DNA of 64,000 nt from Halobacteriales archaeon QH_7_65_31. Lineage in GTDB: Archaea; Halobacteriota; Halobacteria; Halobacteriales; Haloarculaceae. Every line of letters begins with the position of its first letter. Position 1 is the stretch's first letter. The notes beneath the pieces were generated by a model that saw only the letters and a list, made by a program, of their open reading frames with translations, was not told where the DNA came from and did no database searches. This document shows positions 47,969 to 57,804 of the stretch, one piece after another. The stretch is from assembly GCA_003021785.1 (NCBI GenBank), contig PXQU01000005.1:10850-74849 (forward strand), read 5' to 3'. The position numbers were made by a program, and so were the translations under genes.

Positions 47969-48023
47969 CCTTCCCGAGTAAACGTTCCGTTCTCGTCTCC
48001 ATCGACCGGCTCCGGTCGCCCGA

Positions 48024-48059
48024 TTTCACTTTCAGTACGCTGTTAACGTAGCTTTATAT
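48024..48059 (+). promoter_or_regulatory. radA promoter: TTTCACTTTCA element plus TATA box
   Basis: TTTCACTTTCA at 48024-48034, TTTATAT at 48053-48059, ATG at 48083. Confidence 0.7.
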
Positions 48060-48082
48060 CCCCGGACGCACAAGCAGATAGT

Positions 48083-49117
48083 ATGTCCGCGACACAGGAC
48101 CTCGAAGATCTCCCGGGCGTCGGCCCGGCGACCGCCGACAAGCTTCAGGACAACGGCTACGACTCGTATCAGTCCATCGCCGTCGCCTCCCCGAGCGAGC
48201 TCTCGAATCAGGCCGACGTAGGAGAGTCCTCCGCCTCCGATATCATCAACGCCGCGCGCGATGCCGCCGACATCGGTGGCTTCGAGACCGGGACGAGCGT
48301 GCTCGAACGCCGCGAGGAGATCGGTAAGCTCCAGTGGCTCATCCCCGAAATCGACGAGATGCTCGCCGGCGGCGTCGAGACCCAGTCGATCACCGAGGTG
48401 TACGGCGAGTTCGGCTCCGGCAAGTCCCAGATCACCCACCAGCTCGCGGTGAACGTCCAGCTCCAGGGCACGGAGGGCGGTCTCCACGGCCGCTGTATCT
48501 TCATCGACACCGAGGACACGTTCCGCCCGGAACGTATCGACGAGATGGTGCGCGGGCTCGACGACGAGATACTCGAATCCGAGATCGACTACCGCGACAT
48601 CGAGGGCGAGCTCGGCGACGAGGAGACGATGGAGGCGCTCGTCGACGACTTCCTCGCGAAGATCCACGTCGCGAAGGCGTTCAACTCCAACCACCAGATC
48701 CTCCTCGCGGAGAAGTCCCTCGAAATCGCGAAGGAACACGAAGACGACGAGTACCCCGTCCGACTGCTGTGTGTGGACTCGCTCACGGCGCATTTCCGCG
48801 CCGAGTACGTCGGCCGTGGCGAGCTCGCCAACCGACAGCAGAAGCTCAACAAACACCTCCACAGCCTCGACCGCGTCGGCAACCTCTACAACGCCTCCGT
48901 CCTCGTAACGAATCAGGTGCAGTCGAATCCGGACGCCTTCTTCGGTGATCCGACGAAACCCATCGGCGGGAACATCCTCGGGCACAAGTCCACGTTCCGG
49001 ATGTATCTGAAGAAGTCGAAGGGGAACAAACGCATCGTCAAGCTGGTCGACGCCCCGAACCTCGCCGACGGTGAGTCGGTGATGCGCGTCGAGAACGAGG
49101 GGATCAAGCCGGAGTAG
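48083..49117 (+). CDS. radA: DNA repair and recombination protein RadA
   Basis: N-terminal Hh[37 protein letters not shown]; no intein. Confidence 0.98.
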   Translation: MSATQDLEDLPGVGPATADKLQDNGYDSYQSIAVASPSELSNQADVGESSASDIINAARDAADIGGFETGTSVLERREEIGKLQWLIPEIDEMLAGGVETQSITEVYGEFGSGKSQITHQLAVNVQLQGTEGGLHGRCIFIDTEDTFRPERIDEMVRGLDDEILESEIDYRDIEGELGDEETMEALVDDFLAKIHVAKAFNSNHQILLAEKSLEIAKEHEDDEYPVRLLCVDSLTAHFRAEYVGRGELANRQQKLNKHLHSLDRVGNLYNASVLVTNQVQSNPDAFFGDPTKPIGGNILGHKSTFRMYLKKSKGNKRIVKLVDAPNLADGESVMRVENEGIKPE

Positions 49118-49986
49118 TGCTGCTCGATGCGCGAACGCGTGAACTGCTCCTGCTCGCGCTCGCCCGCCGCACGGGGATGCTCGACGCCCTGACGACGGAC
49201 GCCGGCACGCCTACTGCTGTCGCCGCGGCGACGGAGACCGACCCGGCGCTCGCAGAGGCAGTCACGACTGCGCTCGCCGACCGCGGCTTTCTCGAACGGG
49301 TCGGCGACGAGTACGAGCCGACGAACCGGCTGCTCGGCTTCCTCACGAAGACGGACGTGCGCTCGATCGGCTCGCTCCCGGCGACGCTCGACGCGCTCGA
49401 TGCGTGGACCGACGCGGGCGACGGGGACCACGCGGTCGCGAACCGGCTCGGCGAGCAGTGGGCCTATGACGAGCAGTCAGTCCGTGCGGCCGTGACCGCA
49501 GCCGTCCGTGCCGTGCCCGACGCAGGACGGGTCCTCTGTCTCCGTGACGGCCCCGGGCGTCACGCTCGGGAGTTCGCCGTGCGAGGCTGGGAGACGACGG
49601 TGCTCGAATCCCCCGACCGAGCCGACCGGATCGCGCCGCTGCTCGCAGCTACCGACGTTCGACTCGAAACGGGCGGGGCGGAGACCGTTCCGCAGACGGA
49701 TCTCGTCTTCGCGCGCGGGTTGCTCGCCCGCTCGGACGAACCGAGCGCCGACAGGGGGCTCGCTGCGGCCGCCGCTGCCGCCCCGACGGTCGTCTGTATC
49801 GAGCGCCTGCGCGACCGGTCACCGGACGGCTCACTCGCCGACGTGGAACGACGGCTTCGCGACGGCGGTCGCGTCCGTACCGAGGCCGAACTGCGGTCGC
49901 TGTTCGCCGCTGCGGACCTCGACTGCACCGTCGAGCCGGTCCCCGGTACGGACCTGTTCGCGCTCGTCGGGCGTCGGGTTCAATAG
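49117..49986 (+). CDS. Divergent O-methyltransferase-like protein (wHTH plus Rossmann fold)
   Basis: N-terminal dimerisation/wHTH pattern, degenerate motif I LCLRDGPG, RTEAELRSLF; start overlaps the radA stop. Confidence 0.65.
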   Translation: MLLDARTRELLLLALARRTGMLDALTTDAGTPTAVAAATETDPALAEAVTTALADRGFLERVGDEYEPTNRLLGFLTKTDVRSIGSLPATLDALDAWTDAGDGDHAVANRLGEQWAYDEQSVRAAVTAAVRAVPDAGRVLCLRDGPGRHAREFAVRGWETTVLESPDRADRIAPLLAATDVRLETGGAETVPQTDLVFARGLLARSDEPSADRGLAAAAAAAPTVVCIERLRDRSPDGSLADVERRLRDGGRVRTEAELRSLFAAADLDCTVEPVPGTDLFALVGRRVQ

Positions 49987-50007
49987 CGTCGCCCCCCGAT
50001 TTCGCGT

Positions 50008-50748
50008 ATGGACGCGGAGCTGCTGCGGAGGGATATGGTCGACAGCCTCGAACACGAGGCGAAGGCCGTCGTCGCCAGCGACGCCGTCGCGAGCGCGATG
50101 CGGACGGTTCCCCGCGAGCCGTTCGTCCCCGACGACGCGATGCCGTACGCCGACCGCGCGGCCGAACGGCTCGGCACGCGCGTGCTCGCTCCCTCGGACG
50201 CGGCCCGTCTGTTCGAGGCCGTCGCGCCCGACCCGGGCGAGTCCGTTCTCGTCGTCGGCGTCGGTGTCGGCTACACGGCGGCCGTCCTCGCCGAGCTCGC
50301 TGGCAGCCGCTACGTCCACGCCATCGACATCGACCGACGGCTCGTTTACGAGGCGCGGTCGAATCTCCGAAACGCGGGCTACGAGAAGGTGTTCGTCGAC
50401 TGTGCGGACGGCGCTGACGGACTCCCGTCGTACGCGCCGTACGATCATATTCTGGTCGAGGCGGCCGCGATACGACCTCCCGAGCGCCTCCTCGCGCAGC
50501 TCTCCGAGACGGGGCGGCTGGTCCTCCCGCTCGGTAGCGGCAATCAGACGCTCACCGTCGTCGGATCTGACGGCGACCCCCGCGAGCGGCTCGGGACGGT
50601 CGCGTTCGCCCCGATGCTCGTCGAGGGCGAGCAGGCGACCACGCTCGACCGCAACCGCACCGTGCGCGAGGAACACGAGCGGAGTCGCCGGGCGGAGAGC
50701 CGGGCGAACGGCTGGGAGCAGGAGTGGATCGACTGGGACCGACGCTGA
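50008..50748 (+). CDS. pcm: Protein-L-isoaspartate O-methyltransferase family
   Basis: VPREPFV, VLVVGVGVGYTAA, DGADG..APYDHILV, GRLVLP. Confidence 0.85.
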   Translation: MDAELLRRDMVDSLEHEAKAVVASDAVASAMRTVPREPFVPDDAMPYADRAAERLGTRVLAPSDAARLFEAVAPDPGESVLVVGVGVGYTAAVLAELAGSRYVHAIDIDRRLVYEARSNLRNAGYEKVFVDCADGADGLPSYAPYDHILVEAAAIRPPERLLAQLSETGRLVLPLGSGNQTLTVVGSDGDPRERLGTVAFAPMLVEGEQATTLDRNRTVREEHERSRRAESRANGWEQEWIDWDRR

Positions 50749-50807
50749 GCCGTCCGACGCGGCTTTTTATACGTCGAGCGTGACCGGGGGCGTATGGTGG
50801 CGTTCGC

Positions 50808-51101
50808 GTGACCGACACGACGATCGAGGTGACGGTCGCAGATCCCGGCGAGCCTCGCCCGTCCGTCGTCGGCGACTCACGGCTCGACGTGGCCGTCGAC
50901 GGCGAGCTGTATCCGACGGCCGAACTCACCGACGGCGGCTATCTGGCGTGGTGGTTCGAGGCGGCCGACTCCCCCGCTCCCGACGCCGACGCGACCACCG
51001 AGTGGGTCGCCGCGCCGACCCGGTTTCTCGCCGCCGCGACGCTGCGTGAGCTCTGGGCTAATCCCGCCGCCTTCGACCGTATCGCCGACGGCTCCGTGTG
51101 A
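50808..51101 (+). CDS. Small hypothetical protein
   Basis: Acidic 97-aa ORF; TTTTTATA upstream. Confidence 0.6.
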   Translation: MTDTTIEVTVADPGEPRPSVVGDSRLDVAVDGELYPTAELTDGGYLAWWFEAADSPAPDADATTEWVAAPTRFLAAATLRELWANPAAFDRIADGSV

Positions 51102-51152
51102 CCGTCACACTGCACCGCTGTGCTTTTCTCTCCCACCGTACCCGGAAGAGAT

Positions 51153-52661
51153 ATGCCCGACGACGACCCCGACGAGCGACTCGCCGACGCCCTCGAACGC
51201 GTCGCGCACGGGGCGGTCGTCTCGATCCCCAGCACGCTCACCCAGCGGCTACTCACCCTCGCGTTCACCGCGCTCCTGACGAACGGCTTCTCCGCCGGCG
51301 CGTACGGGCTGTTCGTGCTCGCGCGTCGAATCCAGCGGTTCCTCCGCTCGCTCACCCGCAGTTTCACCACCGGATTGAGCCGATACGTCCCGAACACCGA
51401 CACCGACACCGACCGCGACGTCATCGCGACGTTTGCGCTCACGCTCGCCGTCGGGGCCGCGACGGTGTTCGGCATCGCGCTCTATCTCGCTGTTCCCGAA
51501 ATCGGTCGGCTCACCGGCAAGGGAGTGCAGTTCGAGCTGTATCTGCGCGTCTTCGCGCTCGGACTGCCGGCGGCGGTGTGGCTCACCTTCGCCGGCAGCC
51601 TGCTCCAGAGTCTGGAGGAGATCACGCCGATGAATCTCACCCTCCGAATCGGCTTCCCGGCGTTTCAGCTGGTCGCCGCTGGCGTCGGACTCTGGCTGGG
51701 GAGTCTGCTCGCGGTCGCGGTCGGCGTCCTCGTCGTCTCCGCGGTCGGTGGAACCGTCGCACTCGCGTGGCTCGCCCGCGAACGCGGGCTTCGCCCCCGG
51801 TATCGGGGACCGACGGCCAGCTCGCTGCGACGGCGGTATCTCCGCTACACGGCCCCGCTTTTCGCCAGCTCGATCGCGACGACGGTCCAGCGGCTCGGCT
51901 TCTATCCGCTCATCGCCGTCTTCCTCACCAGCACCGCCGGTGCGGTGTTCGCCGTCGGTGAGCTCATCGGCGTGCTCGTGCGACTCCCGCTGTTCGGTAT
52001 CAATCAGCTGATGCCGCCGGTGGCCGCGACGCTGTACGGCGATGAACACCACGAGGCACTCGCGAGGCTGTATCACGCGACCAGCCGGCTCGTCCTCGTC
52101 GGCGTCACCGGGCTCGCGGTCCCGGTCGTCGTCTTCCGGCGAGCGGTGATGGCGCTGTTCGGGCCGACGTTCGTCGAGTACGCGCATCTGCTGCCGGCGT
52201 TCGTCCTCGCGCAGTGGATCGCCTGTGCCGCCGGGAGCGTCGGCATCCTCCTGATGATGACCGACCACCAGCGCGCGATGTTTCTCGTCAACGCGGCGAT
52301 CACGTCGGCGCTCGTCGTCTCGATCCCGCTCACCCGCCGGTACGGGCTCAGCGGCGTCGTCGCCGTCTATCTGCTCATGCTCTCGCTCAACAACACGCTC
52401 GAAGTCGTCGTGTTATGGCGGCTCGAAGATCTCCAGCCTCTCACGCTCGCGCATCTCAAACCCGTCGCCGCCGCCGTCCCGCTCGGCGTGGTCACGGTCG
52501 TCGGCCACCGGCTCGTTCCCGGGCTGGCCGGCGCGCTCGCGGCAACGGTCGTCGGTCTCGTCGTCTACGCGGCCGTCCTGCTGTGGCTCGGCTTCGCGCC
52601 GGCCGAACGACAGCTCGTCGGAACCCTCGCCGACCGCTACCGCACCGTCACGATCGGGTGA
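51153..52661 (+). CDS. MOP-superfamily flippase (Wzx/AglR-like)
   Basis: About 12-14 TM segments, AGAYGLF, ARLYHATSRL, ALFGPTF. Confidence 0.85.
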   Translation: MPDDDPDERLADALERVAHGAVVSIPSTLTQRLLTLAFTALLTNGFSAGAYGLFVLARRIQRFLRSLTRSFTTGLSRYVPNTDTDTDRDVIATFALTLAVGAATVFGIALYLAVPEIGRLTGKGVQFELYLRVFALGLPAAVWLTFAGSLLQSLEEITPMNLTLRIGFPAFQLVAAGVGLWLGSLLAVAVGVLVVSAVGGTVALAWLARERGLRPRYRGPTASSLRRRYLRYTAPLFASSIATTVQRLGFYPLIAVFLTSTAGAVFAVGELIGVLVRLPLFGINQLMPPVAATLYGDEHHEALARLYHATSRLVLVGVTGLAVPVVVFRRAVMALFGPTFVEYAHLLPAFVLAQWIACAAGSVGILLMMTDHQRAMFLVNAAITSALVVSIPLTRRYGLSGVVAVYLLMLSLNNTLEVVVLWRLEDLQPLTLAHLKPVAAAVPLGVVTVVGHRLVPGLAGALAATVVGLVVYAAVLLWLGFAPAERQLVGTLADRYRTVTIG

Positions 52662-53091
52662 CCAGCAGGACGGTGTTCTCACGGCGATCCACGTACTCGG
52701 AGTTCGCCGGCGGCTTCACCTCGAACGAGACCGTCCCGTCCGCCTGATTCTGTCCCAGCGACGGATCGATATCGAGCGTCGCAACTCCGTCGGCGTCGGT
52801 CGTCGCCGTCGCGACGCCGTTGAGCATCGCGGAGTCACCTCTCGCGACGACGGTCGCGCCGGCGATGCGGTCCCCGTCCGGGCCGACGACCGTGACCGAC
52901 ACCTCGTCGATCTCCCCGTGAGTCACGACCTCCGGCTCCGGCTGGACGTCGAGTTCGCTCACGCCGATCGCGGAGATCCCGGACACCATGTTCATCATGA
53001 CGGACAGCGACGCCACGCCGACCACCAGCGCGATAACTAACCGAATCGGTAACCCCTCGATGGCCCGCTCGTCGTCGAGTGTATCGAACAC
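52648..53091 (-). CDS. Pilin-like protein with class III-type signal and Ig-like domain
   Basis: DERA|IEGLPIRLVIALVVG, beta-rich C-terminus with TTDADGVA; GTG start inferred. Confidence 0.75.
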   Translation of the reverse strand: MFDTLDDERAIEGLPIRLVIALVVGVASLSVMMNMVSGISAIGVSELDVQPEPEVVTHGEIDEVSVTVVGPDGDRIAGATVVARGDSAMLNGVATATTDADGVATLDIDPSLGQNQADGTVSFEVKPPANSEYVDRRENTVLLVTRS

Positions 53092-53165
53092 AGCGGGAAG
53101 TGGTCCCGGCTTCCGGGATAAGTGCTCGCCCCGACGTTGAAACACGATTCCGAGCGACCGACGGT

Positions 53166-54170
53166 ATGGAGACGATCGGTCGCACGGACGGGGGTGGCCC
53201 GCGGCTCCCGCTGGGGCGGTATCTCGCCCGCGACGGGAGCAGCGGCGGTGACGTGGCGCTCGACTGCTCGCGGCCCCACGCCGCGTGTCTGGTCGGGAAG
53301 CGTGGTAGCGGGAAGTCGAACACGCTCGCCCTGCTCGCGGAGGGGTTGCTCCCCGTGGACGGGGTCGTCCCGGTCGTCGTCGATCCGATGGGCGCGTTCA
53401 CCGGTCTCGATACGGTCGGAGCCACCGTCCGGGAGCCGCGCGTCTCCCCGACCGCGATCCCGCCGCGGGAGTGGCCGCGGCTCGTCGGTCTCGATCCGAC
53501 GACGGGTGCAGGCGCACTCGTCTGGACGGCCGCGACGGCGTGTTCGACCGTCGCCGCGATGCAAGCACACGTCGCCGACGAGCAACCCGGAGCGGCGAGA
53601 CGAGTGGCGGCGAACCATCTCGCACGGGCGGACGCGTGGGACGTCTTCGCGCCCGACGGGCTTCGTGCGCCGACGGAGCCGACCGTCCTCGACCTCTCCG
53701 GGTGCTCGGAGCGTGCCGCGAACGCCGTCGTCCGCGCGGTCGCGACGGGGCTGTACGAGCGACGCCTCGCCGACGAGGGACCGCTCCCGTGGCTCCTCGT
53801 GGACGAGGCGCATCTCTTTCTGGACGGCGTCGCCGCCTCGGCGCTCGATATGGTGCTCACCCGCGGGCGTGCACCCGGCGTCTCGCTCGTGCTCGCGACC
53901 CAACGACCCGATGCACTGCCGGAGACCGCCATCTCACAGGCCGACCTGCTCGCGACCCACCGGCTCACCGGGCGTGCGGACACGGCAACCGTCGCCGGTG
54001 CGCGCGGCGACTACGTGGACGGTCCCGTCGAGCGTCGAATCCCGAGCGGTGTCGGCGAGCTTCTGCTCTTCGACGACGCGACCGAGCGCGCCCACAGCGT
54101 CCGGATCGACGAGCGGACGACCCCGCACGGCGGGACGACGCCGACCGTCGGAACCGACGGATACGAGTAG
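53166..54170 (+). CDS. HerA/VirB4/FtsK-superfamily ATPase (DUF87-like)
   Basis: GKRGSGKS, VVDPMG, LVDEAH, RGR..GVSLVLATQRP. Confidence 0.88.
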   Translation: METIGRTDGGGPRLPLGRYLARDGSSGGDVALDCSRPHAACLVGKRGSGKSNTLALLAEGLLPVDGVVPVVVDPMGAFTGLDTVGATVREPRVSPTAIPPREWPRLVGLDPTTGAGALVWTAATACSTVAAMQAHVADEQPGAARRVAANHLARADAWDVFAPDGLRAPTEPTVLDLSGCSERAANAVVRAVATGLYERRLADEGPLPWLLVDEAHLFLDGVAASALDMVLTRGRAPGVSLVLATQRPDALPETAISQADLLATHRLTGRADTATVAGARGDYVDGPVERRIPSGVGELLLFDDATERAHSVRIDERTTPHGGTTPTVGTDGYE

Positions 54171-54190
54171 CCGGGCGCCGCGGCTCGCGT

Positions 54191-54556
54191 ATGGACACGG
54201 ACCCGACGCTCCCGTTAGTCGCTGTCGGCGGTGCGGCCGGGGCAGTCTGTCGGTGGGGCGTCGGCGTCGCACTCGCCGGGGCGACGTTCCCGGTCGGAAC
54301 GCTCACCGTCAACGTCGCCGGGAGCTTCCTGCTCGGTGTCCTGCTGTACGAGCGACGACTCCGGAACGCGCTGTCCTCACGAACCCGGCTCGTCGCCGGG
54401 ACCGGCTTCCTCTCGTCGTTCACGACCTACTCGACGTTCGCCACCGAGACGGTCGCTCTCACGCCGGCGCTCGCGGGGCTGAACCTCGCCGGCAACTACG
54501 CGCTCGGCTTTCTCGCCGTGCTCGCGGGTCGACACGTCGCGAGGTGGTTCTCGTGA
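54191..54556 (+). CDS. crcB: Fluoride channel Fluc/CrcB, subunit 1
   Basis: GGAAGA..R, GTLTVNVAGSF, GFLSSFTTYSTF. Confidence 0.92.
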   Translation: MDTDPTLPLVAVGGAAGAVCRWGVGVALAGATFPVGTLTVNVAGSFLLGVLLYERRLRNALSSRTRLVAGTGFLSSFTTYSTFATETVALTPALAGLNLAGNYALGFLAVLAGRHVARWFS

Positions 54557-54912
54557 GCCTCGCGCCGCTGTACGTCGGACTCGGCGGTGCAGTCGGTGCA
54601 ACCAGTCGCTATCTCGTCGGTGAACGCGTGGAACGCACCCGTCTGGATACCCTCGTCGTGAACGTCGTCGGGAGCTTCCTGCTCGGGTTCGTTCTCGCCG
54701 CGCCGCTCGACGGATCGGTCGTCACGCTCCTCGGGACCGGGTTCTGTGGCGCGTTCACGACGTTCTCGTCGTTCGCGTTCGAGACGGTGCGGCTCGCAGA
54801 AGACGGGTTCGGTCGGGCCGCAGCGGTGAACGCCGTCGGAACGTTCGCGCTCGCCGTTGTCGGCGTCGTCGCCGGCGGGTGGGCCGGCTCAGCCGTCGTC
54901 CAGCTCCTGTAG
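54553..54912 (+). CDS. crcB: Fluoride channel Fluc/CrcB, subunit 2
   Basis: GGAVGATSRY, VNVVGSF, GFCGAFTTFSSF; GTGA overlap. Confidence 0.92.
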   Translation: MSLAPLYVGLGGAVGATSRYLVGERVERTRLDTLVVNVVGSFLLGFVLAAPLDGSVVTLLGTGFCGAFTTFSSFAFETVRLAEDGFGRAAAVNAVGTFALAVVGVVAGGWAGSAVVQLL

Positions 54913-55458
54913 CGCCTGCTGGAAATCATCGCTCGTGAACTCCGCTGTCGTCTTGTCGATCTGCTCGCTCAGCTCCTCCAGCTCCGCACACAGCGTCGCG
55001 TACGCGTCGCTCTCGTCGAGCTCGCGTTCGCTCTTCTGCGTCTCCAGTGCCGCCCGCTTCGAGACGAGCGCGTAGTACTCGCGCAGCTTGACGTCGTACT
55101 CCGACCGGGAGAGCAGCTGCTCGACGGCGTCGTGAAGCTCGTCGCGGCGAACCGGCTTCACGAGGTAGTCGTCGAACCCCATCTCGATGATGTCGAAGTC
55201 CGGCTCGACGGCGGTCACCATCGCGACGCGACAGCTGTACTCGGCCGCTCGGATGGCACTGAGCACCTCGTCACCGGACGTGTCGGGCATCAGCCGGTCG
55301 ACGAGGGCGACATCGACGGTCTCGTCGGCGGCGTCGATCCCGTCGGTCCCGCCGTACGCCGTCCGAACGTCGTAGCTGTCGGCGAGCCACGCGGCGTACA
55401 GATCTGCAAGATCAGGTTCGTCGTCGACGATTAACACCGTCGATGGCTCCTCACTCAC
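54889..55458 (-). CDS. Response regulator (receiver domain plus HalX domain)
   Basis: VDDE, DRLMP, DYLVKPV, C-terminal YYALVSKRAALE. Confidence 0.9.
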   Translation of the reverse strand: MSEEPSTVLIVDDEPDLADLYAAWLADSYDVRTAYGGTDGIDAADETVDVALVDRLMPDTSGDEVLSAIRAAEYSCRVAMVTAVEPDFDIIEMGFDDYLVKPVRRDELHDAVEQLLSRSEYDVKLREYYALVSKRAALETQKSERELDESDAYATLCAELEELSEQIDKTTAEFTSDDFQQALQELDDG

Positions 55459-55699
55459 AGCGACTCCCCCAGTTGCAGCTCCGATTCACACTGACACGTC
55501 ACGCCCGGGGACTCATGAGGTTTTGGGCACGTGATCACTACTGTGTATGATACTGATAGTTCACGGTCAGGGTTCGGACGCGACGAACGAATGATCACTC
55601 ACCTCCCGCTCCCTGATTCGAATCCAGAGTGTCCGTTACTCGGATTCGAGTCATCGCGACACGCCTACAGCGGTCGCTCGAAGGTTGCATCCGAGAAAG

Positions 55700-55772
55700 C
55701 GCCCGAGGCGGGATTTGAACCCGCGTCACGACCGTGACAGGGTCGTATGATGGGCCACTACACCACCCGGGC
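55700..55772 (-). tRNA. tRNA-Asp(GTC), no intron, CCA not encoded
   Basis: GCCCGGGTGGTGTAGTGGCCCATCATACGACCCTGTCACGGTCGTGACGCGGGTTCAAATCCCGCCTCGGGCG folds as a cloverleaf with anticodon GTC. Confidence 0.96.
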
Positions 55773-56011
55773 CGACGCATTCTCCCGTAACCCGGTTGTA
55801 TGTATAAGACTTTCCAACCGACGACGCAGCCGTCTGCGCGGTCACGCGCCACACGGGCACAAGAGTATTGACCGTCACGCGCCTTCGATCAGTGTGATCG
55901 CTCGGTCGGCGAGCGGTAGCCGTCTCGTGCGCCTTCCGAAAATGCTTTGTGCTGCTGGGTAGTAGGTTTCTGTAGTATCTCAGAACTTCTCTCAGCGGGT
56001 CTCAGCCACAC

Positions 56012-56239
56012 ATGGTAGATGTAAGCCAACACGAGCTCGTTCCAGAGCACAGCGTCGTCTCCGACTCGGAGCTCGACGACGTGCTCGACGAGTACGACAT
56101 CGAACGCACAGACTTACCGAAGATCAAACGCACCGACGCCGCCGTGCCCGACGACGCCGAAGTCGGCGACGTGCTCGAAATCGTGCGCGACTCCCGGACG
56201 ACGGATCGGGCCGTCGTCTACCGACTGGTGATTCAGTAA
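56012..56239 (+). CDS. rpoH: RNA polymerase subunit H (Rpo5)
   Basis: HELVPEH, LPKI, IVRDSRT..YRLV. Confidence 0.97.
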   Translation: MVDVSQHELVPEHSVVSDSELDDVLDEYDIERTDLPKIKRTDAAVPDDAEVGDVLEIVRDSRTTDRAVVYRLVIQ

Positions 56240-56240
56240 T

Positions 56241-57803
56241 ATGGACCAACAGCAACGTCGAAACGTCTCCAGAGAGTACTTCTCCCGCGACCGACTCGCC
56301 GAACACCATTTCCGCTCGTTCAACGCCTTCCTCGGACGGGGGATGCAGCGCGTCGTCGACGAGAAGGAGTCAATCGAGACGGACATCGGTGACAAGGAGG
56401 GACAGGAGCCGGTTCGCGTCGATCTCGCCGACGTGCGCGTCGAGACGCCGCGCGTCCGCGAGGCAGACGGTTCCGAGGAGCTGCTCTACCCGCAGGAGGC
56501 GCGGCTCCGCAACATCACCTACTCCGCGCCGGTGTTCATGGAGATGGATATCGTGCGCGGCGGCGACGAGGAACCAGAGCAGGTGGTCGACACCGCAGAG
56601 ACAAAGATCGGCCGTATGCCGATCATGGTCGGCTCGGAGAAATGCAACATCGCCGGCTTCTCCGACGAGGAGCTGATCGAGATCGGCGAGGACCCTGCCG
56701 ACCCCGGCGGCTACTTCATCGTCAACGGCTCCGAGCGCGTCCTGATGACGAGTGAGGACCTCGCCCCGAACAAGATCCTCGCCGAGTACGATACGAAGTA
56801 CGGTGACGAGATTCAGGTCGCGAAGACGTTCTCACAGCGGCGCGGGTATCGGGCGCTCGTCCTCTGTGAGCGCAACCGCGAGGGACTGCTCGAAGTGTCG
56901 TTCCCGTCGGTGTCCGGCTCGATCGAGTTCGTCACGCTGGTTCGCGCGCTCGGGCTCGAATCCGACGAGGAGATCGTCCACCGCGTGAGCGACGACCCTG
57001 AGATCGTGAAGTTCATGCTGGAGAATCTGGAGGCCGCCGAGGTCGGCTCCACCAACGAGGCGATCGAGACGCTCGGCCAGCGCGTCGCCTCCGGTCAGGG
57101 GAAGAACTACCAGCTCAAACGCGCCAACTACGTCATCGATCGGTATCTCCTCCCGCATCTCCACGAGGAGGGGATCGAGGACGAGGAGGTCCGGATGAAC
57201 AAGGCCGTCTACCTCTGTCGGATGGCCGAGGCGTGTTTCGAACTCGCGCTCGGTCGCCGCGAGTCCGACGACAAGGACCACTACGCCAACAAGCGGCTGA
57301 AGGTCTCCGGCGATCTGATGAAGGACCTGTTCCGTACGGCGCTCAACAAGCTGGCACGCGACGTGAAGTACCAGCTCGAACGCGCGAACATGCGGAACCG
57401 GCAGCTGTCTGTCTCGACGGTCGTCCGCTCGGACGTGCTGACCGAACGGCTCGAACACCCCATCGCGACCGGTAACTGGGTCGGCGGTCGCTCGGGCGTG
57501 AGCCAGCTGGTCGATCGGACCGACTACATGGGCGTGCTCTCGCATCTGCGCCGGCTCCGGTCGCCGCTGTCGCGCTCACAGCCCCACTTCGAGGCGCGTG
57601 ATCTCCACGCGACCCAGTGGGGTCGCATCTGTCCCTCGGAGACGCCCGAAGGGCCAAACTGTGGGCTGGTGAAGAACTTCGCGCAGGCGATGGAGCTGTC
57701 ACAGAACGTCGAGGACGAACGGGAACTGAAGCGAGAACTCGCCTCCATGGGCGTAAACGGCATCCCCGGCATCGAGACCGTGGAGGCCCCCGCAGACGAC
57801 TGA
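56241..57803 (+). CDS. rpoB2: RNA polymerase subunit B'' (Rpo2N)
   Basis: [40 protein letters not shown]. Confidence 0.97.
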   Translation: MDQQQRRNVSREYFSRDRLAEHHFRSFNAFLGRGMQRVVDEKESIETDIGDKEGQEPVRVDLADVRVETPRVREADGSEELLYPQEARLRNITYSAPVFMEMDIVRGGDEEPEQVVDTAETKIGRMPIMVGSEKCNIAGFSDEELIEIGEDPADPGGYFIVNGSERVLMTSEDLAPNKILAEYDTKYGDEIQVAKTFSQRRGYRALVLCERNREGLLEVSFPSVSGSIEFVTLVRALGLESDEEIVHRVSDDPEIVKFMLENLEAAEVGSTNEAIETLGQRVASGQGKNYQLKRANYVIDRYLLPHLHEEGIEDEEVRMNKAVYLCRMAEACFELALGRRESDDKDHYANKRLKVSGDLMKDLFRTALNKLARDVKYQLERANMRNRQLSVSTVVRSDVLTERLEHPIATGNWVGGRSGVSQLVDRTDYMGVLSHLRRLRSPLSRSQPHFEARDLHATQWGRICPSETPEGPNCGLVKNFAQAMELSQNVEDERELKRELASMGVNGIPGIETVEAPADD

Positions 57804-57804
57804 T

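Noticed and set aside
57..49117. Apparent DNA-repair island (ligA, XPD-like, hel308, hef, radA)
   Set aside because: The genes are scattered over ~50 kb among unrelated housekeeping genes, with no compositional boundary or mobility genes.
54171..54190. Fluoride riboswitch upstream of crcB
   Set aside because: There are only 20 bp of intergenic space and no crcB-motif consensus is visible.
55531..55962. Short ORFs around tRNA-Asp
   Set aside because: They overlap the tRNA and promoter regions and have atypical composition.
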